This document shows, one piece after another, positions 56,461 to 64,000 of a DNA stretch of 64,000 nucleotides; position 1 is the first letter of the stretch; each line of letters begins with the position of its first letter. The DNA is from a virus (lineage: Duplodnaviria; Caudoviricetes): positions 22,980-86,979 of IMG/VR virus record IMGVR_UViG_3300030376_006980. One strand, written 5' to 3'. The position numbers and the translations under genes were made by a program. Under the pieces are notes generated by a model. The model was not told the DNA's origin, did no database searches, and worked only from the letters and a program-made list of their open reading frames with translations.

Positions 56461-56646
56461 GAGATATCTCACTTCTAGTGGGAGATAATCTAATTACATA
56501 TATACATACATAAGATATAACTAATGATGCTAGCACATCTCTAGTATCCTTGTATGTTGCAAAAATACACATGCTGACCATACACTATACTTATTTTTAG
56601 ATAAAACAAAATACATTTCTTGCATATAATAATAAATTGATTTATT

Positions 56647-57102
56647 ATGGACCAAACAAAAGAAATAGTAGGTTTTACCGCAGGAAATTTTGATTTAATC
56701 CACCCTGGGTATATTTACACATTTGAGACTGCTAAACAGCACTGTGATCGTTTTGTTATATTTTTGCATTCCAACCCAGCAGAAGAAAGAGATCAAAAAT
56801 ATAAACCTGTAGTTCCTTTGTATGAAAGATATAAAACTCTTATGGCATTAGAAGCTGTAGATGAAGTATATACCTATAACACTGAAGAAGACTTACTTAA
56901 GCTTATTGAGTTTGTAAAACCTGATATTAGAATTTTAGGAGATGATTATATAGGAGAAAGATTTACTGGAGATCATTTAGGTATTAAAGTTATATACACC
57001 ACAAGAAGTCACGGTTGGTCTATGACTAGGATTAAGAATATGATAACTAGGCAAACTGTTAAACAAAATCCTGATGTATTAAAAAAAGATAAAGATGATT
57101 AA
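56647..57102 (+). CDS. cytidylyltransferase (TagD / glycerol-3-phosphate CT-like)
   Basis: AGNFDLIHPGY (HxGH-like), RSHGWS. Confidence 0.85.
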   Translation: MDQTKEIVGFTAGNFDLIHPGYIYTFETAKQHCDRFVIFLHSNPAEERDQKYKPVVPLYERYKTLMALEAVDEVYTYNTEEDLLKLIEFVKPDIRILGDDYIGERFTGDHLGIKVIYTTRSHGWSMTRIKNMITRQTVKQNPDVLKKDKDD

Positions 57103-57364
57103 GACACAGTTGAAATTAATTAGTTGCGGAATTTTATTTTTAATTTTTGGAGTTGCATGCTTAAGTGCAGTTGAAGAAAAAGAACCTATACCTATAGAGG
57201 AAAGAGATTCAGATATACCTTGTCAAAATTTAGATGTATTAGATTCTGTTGATTATATTTTACATTGGGAAATTATTAATGATACTTTACATATCTATAC
57301 AAAGGACGATGAGATAAGGGATGAACGTGAAAGATGGGAATACATTAAAAGTTTAGAGGAATGA
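57095..57364 (+). CDS. hypothetical membrane or lipoprotein
   Basis: N-terminal hydrophobic stretch ending in Cys. Confidence 0.55.
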   Translation: MIKTQLKLISCGILFLIFGVACLSAVEEKEPIPIEERDSDIPCQNLDVLDSVDYILHWEIINDTLHIYTKDDEIRDERERWEYIKSLEE

Positions 57365-58275
57365 GAATAGTAGTAACAGGTGGGTTTGGTTTTATAGGAT
57401 CATCATTTGTAAATTATGTAAGATCATTACACCCAGATGAAGATACTGAAATATTGGTTGTTGATAAGTTAACTTATGCAGCAGATGCAAGCAATGTTAA
57501 TGTACCTAATGTAGATTTTCTTCATAGAGATATCTGTGATGTAACTGCTAATGAATTAGGTGATTACGATTATATAGTTCATTTTGCTGCTGAGAGCCAT
57601 GTTGATAATTCTATCAAAGATGGAAAACCTTTTATCCGAACAAATGTAGAAGGTACATTTAATCTTTTAGAATTAGCAAGAAAAAGTAAAACATTAAAGA
57701 AATTTATTCATATTTCTACTGATGAAGTTTATGGAGATAAACTTAAAGGTGAATCAATTGAAACAGATAAACTTTTAGGATCTTCTTATTATTCCGCAAC
57801 CAAGGCTTCATCTGATTTATTGGTCTTGGCTGCCAATAGAACATTTGGATTACCTTTTATAATTACTAGGACTTGTAATAATTATGGATCTCATCAACAT
57901 AAAGAAAAGTTTTTACCTACAATCATAAGATCAATAAAAGAAGGTAAAGAAGTTCCTGTTTACGGTGACGGTGAACAAATGAGAGAATGGATAGATGTAA
58001 ATGATAATGCAGAGCAAATTTATAACTTAATGCTATCAGATAAGATAAATGAAATCTTTAATATTGGTACAGGTGAAAGATATACCAATGTAAAACTGTT
58101 AGAAAAGGTTGCTAATGAATTAGGAACTTCTGTTAAATATAAATTTGTTGAAGATAGATTAGGCCATGATAGAAGGTATGCATTAGATTCTACAAAATTA
58201 AAAGAAAGTGGTTTTGATAAAAAATACAAAACCTTAACCGACTTTTTAAAAGAAGAAGTCAAAAAATTAAAGTAA
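57361..58275 (+). CDS. rfbB: dTDP-glucose 4,6-dehydratase
   Basis: TGGFGFIGS, DKLTYA, HFAAESHVDNS, HISTDEVYG, YSATKAS, DRLGHDRRY. Confidence 0.95.
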   Translation: MRIVVTGGFGFIGSSFVNYVRSLHPDEDTEILVVDKLTYAADASNVNVPNVDFLHRDICDVTANELGDYDYIVHFAAESHVDNSIKDGKPFIRTNVEGTFNLLELARKSKTLKKFIHISTDEVYGDKLKGESIETDKLLGSSYYSATKASSDLLVLAANRTFGLPFIITRTCNNYGSHQHKEKFLPTIIRSIKEGKEVPVYGDGEQMREWIDVNDNAEQIYNLMLSDKINEIFNIGTGERYTNVKLLEKVANELGTSVKYKFVEDRLGHDRRYALDSTKLKESGFDKKYKTLTDFLKEEVKKLK

Positions 58276-58535
58276 TGGATAATTGGATAGACCAAGCAAT
58301 TTATAATTCTTATCAAGTGTTAACAGGTTGGTTCACAATGGAAGAACTAGTTGAATATTTAGAAGCAAGAAGAGAAGAAGCAGATTTACCTTCTGATGAT
58401 CTTTCAACTATGCCAGTGTTTTTTATACCACCTACTGAGGAACCTGATAATGATGACATAGATGCAATGATTGCACATTTTGAGGAACAAGAAGCCTATG
58501 AAGAATGTGCAGAGTTAATGAAACTAAAAAAATAA
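58275..58535 (+). CDS. hypothetical protein with UVR-like C-terminus
   Basis: HFEEQEAYEECAELMKLK. Confidence 0.65.
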   Translation: MDNWIDQAIYNSYQVLTGWFTMEELVEYLEARREEADLPSDDLSTMPVFFIPPTEEPDNDDIDAMIAHFEEQEAYEECAELMKLKK

Positions 58536-58537
58536 AA

Positions 58538-58654
58538 ATGAAAAGAAAAAGAGAAATGAAAAAGTTCTTATTGAACTATAAAGGAAATAAATATAAAGCA
58601 AATACCTTAGTAAGTTTATTGTGGAATTTTGCAACAGGAAAAATAAGTAAGTAA
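58538..58654 (+). CDS. small basic ORF (38 aa, not in track)
   Basis: MKRKREMKKFLLNYKG...; abuts genes on both sides. Confidence 0.45.
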   Translation: MKRKREMKKFLLNYKGNKYKANTLVSLLWNFATGKISK

Positions 58655-58819
58655 ATGAGTACAGGTTGGATTATAGTAATTGTACTTTTTGTATTAGGCT
58701 GGTTATGGTTAGCTTATGAATTATACCATGCACCTTTAATGCCTGACGACTTTGATTTAAAAGAAGAAGATGTTTGGCCAGATATAGAAAAGCCTTGTAA
58801 TGAACCAGATGATGAGTAA
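58655..58819 (+). CDS. small single-TM protein (54 aa, not in track)
   Basis: MSTGWIIVIVLFVLGWLWLAYELYHAPLMP... Confidence 0.55.
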   Translation: MSTGWIIVIVLFVLGWLWLAYELYHAPLMPDDFDLKEEDVWPDIEKPCNEPDDE

Positions 58820-59132
58820 GGAAAGAAAGTCAATACGACAAGAATATAAAGAAGCAGACCCAAAAGAAGTAAGGACTGCAATTATAGAAAATTTCTTTTT
58901 TGGTTTAAGTGGAGCTATTATAGTTCCGTTTATCGCATTAAGAATTGACATAGCGGTGTTATCAGGATATCTAATACATTACTTTTATATTAGTAAAGTT
59001 ATTAACCGACCGAAATATGTAACATCATTAGCAAAGTTTATCTTATTTCCTATTCCTACTGCATTTGGAGGATATGTAGGTTATAAGGTAGCTTACTTTA
59101 TTTCACAATACCTAACAGCATACATACAATGA
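58812..59132 (+). CDS. membrane protein
   Basis: Three hydrophobic segments; start probably ATG 58812. Confidence 0.65.
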   Translation: MSKERKSIRQEYKEADPKEVRTAIIENFFFGLSGAIIVPFIALRIDIAVLSGYLIHYFYISKVINRPKYVTSLAKFILFPIPTAFGGYVGYKVAYFISQYLTAYIQ

Positions 59133-60163
59133 TAGAAAAGGATTATACAATAGATGAACAGTATAAAGATCTTTTACAGACGATCTTAAGTTACGGAAAA
59201 GAAAAGGAAGATAGAACTGGAACTGGTACAAAATCAATATTTGGATATACTTTAAGACATGATATGACTCAAGGCTTTCCTTTATTAACTACAAAGAAGG
59301 TTGCCTATAAGTCAATGATAACTGAGTTGAGATGGATGCTTAAAGGTGATACAAATATCAGATGGCTGTTAGAGAATAATTGCCATATATGGACTGGAGA
59401 TGCTTATAGTGTTTATGAAAGAACTCATCACTGGGAGTTAGATGATGACTATCTTGGTGTTAAAGATTTTGAGAAACAAATATTAGAAGATGATGATTTT
59501 GCACAAGTTTGGGGTAACTTAGGATTTATATACGGAAAGCAGTGGAGAGACTTTGGCGGACTTAAAAGAATGGGAGAAGAAAAACCTGGCGTAGATCAAA
59601 TAGCAGAGCTCATCAGAAATATTAAAGAAAACCCAGATAGTAGAAGGTTAATGGTAAATGCTTGGAATGCTTCTGATTTAATTTATATGAAACTTCCACC
59701 TTGCCATTATGGTTTTCAAATTTATACAACAGAATTAACTTTAGAAGAAAGACAACAAGAATTTTGTGACAGGTTAGGTAAAAGCATACATTATGCAAAA
59801 AACCTAGATCATGACTTTTTAGATAAAGATGATGTACCTAAAAGAAAAATCTCATTAATGTGGAATCAAAGATCTGTTGATGTATTTTTAGGATTACCAT
59901 TCAATATTGCAAGTTATGCTCTTTTACTTAAATTGATTGCAGATGAGGTAAATATGGTACCTGACCAATTAATAGGTAACTTAGGAGATACACATTTATA
60001 CCTTAATCATTTAGATCAGGCAAAAGAACAACTAACAAGAGAACCTTATTGTTTACCAGAATTAGAAGTAAGTAAAGTAGATTTACTAAACGGTGACTTC
60101 AATTATAAATTACATGGTTATGAAAGCCATCCTACAATTAAAGCACCGTTATCTAATGGGTAA
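59129..60163 (+). CDS. thyA: canonical thymidylate synthase
   Basis: DRTGTGT, FPLLTTKK, DSRRLMVNAWN, LPPCH, QRSVDVFLGLPFN (Asn, dUMP-specific), HLYLNH. Confidence 0.97.
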   Translation: MIEKDYTIDEQYKDLLQTILSYGKEKEDRTGTGTKSIFGYTLRHDMTQGFPLLTTKKVAYKSMITELRWMLKGDTNIRWLLENNCHIWTGDAYSVYERTHHWELDDDYLGVKDFEKQILEDDDFAQVWGNLGFIYGKQWRDFGGLKRMGEEKPGVDQIAELIRNIKENPDSRRLMVNAWNASDLIYMKLPPCHYGFQIYTTELTLEERQQEFCDRLGKSIHYAKNLDHDFLDKDDVPKRKISLMWNQRSVDVFLGLPFNIASYALLLKLIADEVNMVPDQLIGNLGDTHLYLNHLDQAKEQLTREPYCLPELEVSKVDLLNGDFNYKLHGYESHPTIKAPLSNG

Positions 60164-60347
60164 GATAAAATTAAAACCTGAGCAATACGAATTCTTTCAA
60201 GATAGATTAGAAGCAGTATCTCTAATCATAGAAGGAATCCTACAACAACACCCGGTTGCTAAAATCAATCCTCAAATCAAAGATCATATCACAACATCTG
60301 TTGATGAATTATATAAGGCAGCACAGTATATTAGAGAGAACTGTTAA
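60156..60347 (+). CDS. hypothetical protein (start corrected to 60156)
   Basis: MGKIKLKPEQ... Confidence 0.6.
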   Translation: MGKIKLKPEQYEFFQDRLEAVSLIIEGILQQHPVAKINPQIKDHITTSVDELYKAAQYIRENC

Positions 60348-60360
60348 AAATTGTTAAAAT

Positions 60361-60450
60361 TGTTAATAACTTTCTAAAATAACTGCCAAAGTATAGTACA
60401 AAACCCAACAAATAGTATTATATTTAAATATAATTTAAAAAACGGAAAAA
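60361..60450 (+). promoter_or_regulatory. class I early promoter element, full copy
   Basis: TGTTAATAACTTT at 60361 (preceded by two TGTTAAAA half-copies), core at 60392, ACGGAA at 60442. Confidence 0.8.
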
Positions 60451-60774
60451 ATGACAAATAACTTTAAACCTCTATCAGAAACTTACTTTGCAAATGAACC
60501 TTTATGTGAAGTTAGAGTTTCTCAACTATTAAATGGAATGAAAACGACAGGTTCAGCTGTAGATGCAGCTAATATGTTTCAAGAATCTTTTTACATCAAT
60601 GAAGCTCCACTCTTATTTGACTTCTGTAAGTGGATAGATAATGAAATAGGAGGATGTGGTCCGATTAACATACAAGATCTTTGGTATGCATTTAATCATC
60701 CACAAGAACAATTTTCTAAAAATGTTGCAAAGTATTGGAAAGAAGAAATGGAAAAAATTAATTCATATTGTTAA
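60451..60774 (+). CDS. hypothetical protein (early)
   Basis: 107 aa ORF directly after a class I element. Confidence 0.7.
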   Translation: MTNNFKPLSETYFANEPLCEVRVSQLLNGMKTTGSAVDAANMFQESFYINEAPLLFDFCKWIDNEIGGCGPINIQDLWYAFNHPQEQFSKNVAKYWKEEMEKINSYC

Positions 60775-60873
60775 TAACTTTTTGAAAAAAACAAGAATTT
60801 ATAGTTCAATTCCCAATAAATTGTGTTATATTTATACTATAATTAATTAATACTAAACCTAAAAACGGAAAAC
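60769..60873 (+). promoter_or_regulatory. class I early promoter element, full copy
   Basis: TGTTAATAACTTT at 60769, core at 60800, ACGGAA at 60865. Confidence 0.8.
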
Positions 60874-61740
60874 ATGGCAAAAGTACAAAAAATCAAATCA
60901 AGGCTTACTCAAATCTCAAATGTAAAATATGAAAAGGGATTGTTTGAAGCTCACAAGACAAATACTCCACTGGACGGATTGTTCAGTATTGATGGAGGTA
61001 TTCCTAAAGCAACTAACTGGATGGTAGTTGGAGATCCTGGTGTTGGTAAATCTACTGTAACACTGGATATTATCGCAAATGCAAAAGCAAGCGGTTCAAA
61101 AGTATTGTTCATTTCAGCTGAGATGAACCAGGTGGATCTTTACCTTTATGTTAAAAGGTATCCTAAGTTCGGAGAATTGGATATTTTCTTTCCACAAGAA
61201 ATTGCCGATGATGAAGATCCAAAAGCAGTACTAGAAGAAATCCTTAATGAAGGATATGATATTGTACTGACTGACTCATTTATTGAGTTGCAAGAAACTA
61301 TTAGAGAAGCTGGGAGAATGACCAGAAACAGTTCTGAAAAGTACCTCCTAGATTTAATGTACAAACATAACCTTGGAGATAACAAAGGAAAACACTTTAC
61401 TGCATTCCTTAATATCCAACAAGTTAACAAAGGTGGTACATTCGTCGGTTCTAACAAACTGAAGCATATGACAACTGGTATGATGGAGATTAGGTTCGTG
61501 GATGAAAGAGACCAAGAGGAAAGGTATGTAACCTTTAGTAAAAACCGTAGAGGTCATGTAGGAAAACAAATGTACTTTGATCTTTCTGCTAGTGGAGATG
61601 TAACATATGATACTGAAAGGTTCAAAAAATCTGAAAGCCTTAAGCAATTAAAGAAAGCTGAAAAAGAAAAGATTAAGAAATCAGGAATGCAATTCGATGC
61701 ACTCTTTGGATTAGAATCTAAAGAAGAATCGGATAAATAA
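60874..61740 (+). CDS. RadA/Sms-like RecA-family ATPase without Lon-like domain
   Basis: LDGLFSIDGGI, GDPGVGKST, LFISAEMN, LTDSF, GSNKLKHM, FSKNRRG. Confidence 0.8.
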   Translation: MAKVQKIKSRLTQISNVKYEKGLFEAHKTNTPLDGLFSIDGGIPKATNWMVVGDPGVGKSTVTLDIIANAKASGSKVLFISAEMNQVDLYLYVKRYPKFGELDIFFPQEIADDEDPKAVLEEILNEGYDIVLTDSFIELQETIREAGRMTRNSSEKYLLDLMYKHNLGDNKGKHFTAFLNIQQVNKGGTFVGSNKLKHMTTGMMEIRFVDERDQEERYVTFSKNRRGHVGKQMYFDLSASGDVTYDTERFKKSESLKQLKKAEKEKIKKSGMQFDALFGLESKEESDK

Positions 61741-61742
61741 AT

Positions 61743-61843
61743 TGTTAATAACTTTAGAAAAAAAACAAGAATTTATAGTTCAAAACTCAATTAAATAGAT
61801 TATATTTATACTATAATAATTAAAACAAACTAAAACGGAATTT
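61743..61843 (+). promoter_or_regulatory. class I early promoter element, full copy
   Basis: TGTTAATAACTTT at 61743, core at 61774, ACGGAA at 61835. Confidence 0.8.
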
Positions 61844-63001
61844 ATGAAAAATTTAACAACATTAGGAACCGCTGCCTTCGAAAGTAAAAAGCAAGAAGCT
61901 ATCTCTAACGAGGTAATGAGAAAAGAAATCAGCCTCTCAGAATTCAATGTAATTGACAATACTCATATTGAGATTGACGGAGTTAAAATTGAACTGAGCC
62001 AACATGCATTTGGTAAATTGCTTGGCCGTCTTCGTATCCCTAAAGCATTTGCTAAAAGGTTTGCTGAAGGTTTCGGAAATGATGGATTGAAACAATTGGT
62101 AACAATGATGAAAACTATGAAATCATCAAAGAATGACCAAACTATTACTCTGTTGGTTGATCCTAGAGCAAAGAAGGTAACAAACATTTTGCCTGGTGGA
62201 TATGCATCGGTATCAAATGAAAACTTTATCAATTTTGCTGAGCGTTATATTGACCAATATGATCTAAGTGTAACCGATATGGGTTCAGATCCTAATGGTG
62301 GAGCTACAATCAACTGTGTATCTCAGAACGGTATCTTTACTGTACCTGGAATGTCCGATGAGGTTTTCTCAACTGGTGTAACATTCAGAAATACACCTAT
62401 CCGAGGATTGGAAGTATCACCTTATCTTAACCGATTGGTTTGTTCAAATGGTATGACTTCAACGGCATTCTCTGAAACTTATGGATTGCACCAATTGAAT
62501 GATAAATCAATCAATGAGTTTAATGAGCATATGATCTCAATGGCAGCTACAGGTTTTCAACCAATAGGATTGGCTGACAAGATTAAATCTGCTAATCAAA
62601 CTGATGCAAGTCTTGCTGAAGTACAAAAGGCAATGTCGGCTATTCTTTCAACAGATAAGAAAGTTGATTTTGATTATGCTCAAAGGTACATTCCAATTAA
62701 CCGAGCAATGAAAGCTTATTCTGACCTTGGAGCTGAGCCATCTACCTTTACTACAAAACAACTACAAAATGCTAAATCAGGAATGTCAGTATGGGAAGTT
62801 GTAAATGGTATGACAAACTTTGCATCTAACGATAACAAATACAATATCGACGATCATAAAACAGGTAATCTAATGGTAACAGCAGGTAACCTTCTAATGA
62901 AAAAGAGTTACGATACTGAAGCATTACTTCAATTCGATCCTTTTGCTAATCGTCAACTACTAACTGAAACTGAATCTGCAAGGATGATGGGTCAGGCATA
63001 A
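61844..63001 (+). CDS. DUF932-like protein
   Basis: HAFGKLLGRLRIP...F, Y.SVSN, RLVCSNGM, SVWEVVNGMT. Confidence 0.6.
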   Translation: MKNLTTLGTAAFESKKQEAISNEVMRKEISLSEFNVIDNTHIEIDGVKIELSQHAFGKLLGRLRIPKAFAKRFAEGFGNDGLKQLVTMMKTMKSSKNDQTITLLVDPRAKKVTNILPGGYASVSNENFINFAERYIDQYDLSVTDMGSDPNGGATINCVSQNGIFTVPGMSDEVFSTGVTFRNTPIRGLEVSPYLNRLVCSNGMTSTAFSETYGLHQLNDKSINEFNEHMISMAATGFQPIGLADKIKSANQTDASLAEVQKAMSAILSTDKKVDFDYAQRYIPINRAMKAYSDLGAEPSTFTTKQLQNAKSGMSVWEVVNGMTNFASNDNKYNIDDHKTGNLMVTAGNLLMKKSYDTEALLQFDPFANRQLLTETESARMMGQA

Positions 63002-63061
63002 TATCCGGGCAAAGGCCTCAAGGTTTATTTCCGTTTACCTTGATTGAATCCAAGCCCCCAC

Positions 63062-63090
63062 GGGACCATCATAGCGGTGGTCCCTTTTTT
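63062..63090 (+). terminator. rho-independent terminator
   Basis: GGGACCATC-ATAGC-GGTGGTCCC followed by TTTTTT. Confidence 0.9.
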
Positions 63091-63127
63091 GTCTTAAATA
63101 TATAATTTAAATCAACCTAAACTTCCT

Positions 63128-64000
63128 ATGAAAAACCTACTTAAACTAATCTGCATAATAGTCTTATTTTTCTCAGTTAATAGCTGTGGTGTCCAATGGC
63201 AATACCAAGCATACAATACAGCAGGCTATGTAGATACTTTAAGATCTGAAAACACGACAATTGAAGAGATAAACACAGTAAGTCAATTGCGATGGAAGTT
63301 AAGAACAGATTTTCAATTTGCTAATGATTATTACTTCTTTCTACAACAACAAAACTACAGCTTCTTCTTTACACAATACCACTATAATAGACTATGGAGA
63401 TGGGGATGGCAAAGTCCACATGATTATTGGTTAAACTGGCAATGGGGATACAACTCCGGTTATAGTTATTGGAATGGCTGGAACCAGTATCCTTGGTATG
63501 GTAATTGGGGCTCAAGTCAATGGTATTGGATGCAGTGGAATAATCCGTGGCAATACTCCTATGTATATGGACCAAGAACTAGTTATCTAGGAAATGTATA
63601 TGGTGGCAGGTACTCAAATAGAAACCGCTTTGTTTATTCTAATTCTAATAGATCTAGATCCCTCTCAGTTTTAGATGGCAGCACATCTGATAGTCGCACA
63701 TATTTACCAAATAACAACGGCAGCGTCATTAGCAACGAAATCAATAGTAGACCCTCAAAGCCACGAGTTGTCAACAACAAACCGGTAATAATCCGATGGA
63801 CCAACAGTAGCAATAATAGTAATAGCAAGCCAAGCAATTCCAGCTCTCGCCCTATTTTAGTTAAGCCAAGCACAAACACAAAACCAAACTACAATTGGAA
63901 CAGCTCTCGCCCATCTAACAATAACTACAGCAGGCCTTCAAATAACTCCAATTATTCTAAGCCATCAAATACCAGAAGTGCTCCAACAAATACCATACGA
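63128..64000 (+). CDS. lipoprotein, Trp/Tyr/Gly-rich then Asn/Ser/Pro-rich; runs off the window end (not in ORF track)
   Basis: Open frame of 291 codons with no stop; MKNLLKLICIIVLFFSVNSC lipobox. Confidence 0.8.
   Translation, partial: MKNLLKLICIIVLFFSVNSCGVQWQYQAYNTAGYVDTLRSENTTIEEINTVSQLRWKLRTDFQFANDYYFFLQQQNYSFFFTQYHYNRLWRWGWQSPHDYWLNWQWGYNSGYSYWNGWNQYPWYGNWGSSQWYWMQWNNPWQYSYVYGPRTSYLGNVYGGRYSNRNRFVYSNSNRSRSLSVLDGSTSDSRTYLPNNNGSVISNEINSRPSKPRVVNNKPVIIRWTNSSNNSNSKPSNSSSRPILVKPSTNTKPNYNWNSSRPSNNNYSRPSNNSNYSKPSNTRSAPTNTIR

Noticed and set aside
56430-56581. Minus-strand 49-aa ORF in the intergenic gap after the surface operon
   Set aside because: No upstream motif, opposite to all other genes, and no recognisable features. 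The gap holds a hairpin and a class II promoter instead.
59129-60163. Intron or intein in thyA (343 aa is long)
   Set aside because: The frame is continuous and the extra length is in variable loops, with no splicing motifs.
1012-63879. All minus-strand ORFs in the track and the alternative-frame plus-strand ORFs (e.g. 21375, 25947, 29469, 60656)
   Set aside because: They lie wholly or almost wholly within longer, motif-bearing plus-strand genes and have shadow-like composition (Leu/Ile/Phe/Ser-rich) with no motifs.
1-64000. Stop-codon reassignment
   Set aside because: Code 11 gives dense, full-length conserved genes, and TAG (e.g. 9866, 39536) and TGA both terminate genes at expected ends.

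Overview
64 kb of a very AT-rich, gene-dense, intron-free genome in which essentially every real gene lies on the + strand and code 11 fits. It reads as a T4-like jumbo phage of a Bacteroidota host, probably aquatic Flavobacteriales (inference from T9SS C-terminal domains, lipoproteins, A-rich leaders without Shine-Dalgarno, and TAnnTTT-type promoter boxes). Contents in order: a tmRNA 3' end and tRNA-Ala; two-subunit topoisomerase II; a nucleotide block (Gmk, dNMP kinase, T4 gp42-like dCMP-modifying enzyme, plus a separate canonical ThyA at 59 kb); an ECF sigma factor; an OMP; Cas4-like exonuclease; PhoH, Trx and Hsp20; a lysis cassette; a 9 kb glycosylation island (GT29-like, Maf-like, GT2, pyruvyltransferases, DegT, sulfotransferase, KdsD, KdsB); about 13 proteins with T4-type capsid-targeting N-termini, several built as apparent polyproteins; N-domain-less ClpC with ClpP; mini-CorA; UvsE; a tRNA body carrying a 42-nt structured anticodon-loop insert; a CCA-type nucleotidyltransferase; a GH16-motif lipoprotein; a T9SS/cohesin/dockerin/GEVED/CsgG-like/beta-barrel cell-surface operon; RfbB; a RadA-like ATPase and a DUF932-like gene. 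Three recurring promoter-like motif classes suggest an early/middle/late cascade. All family calls come from motif recognition by eye; no database search was run.
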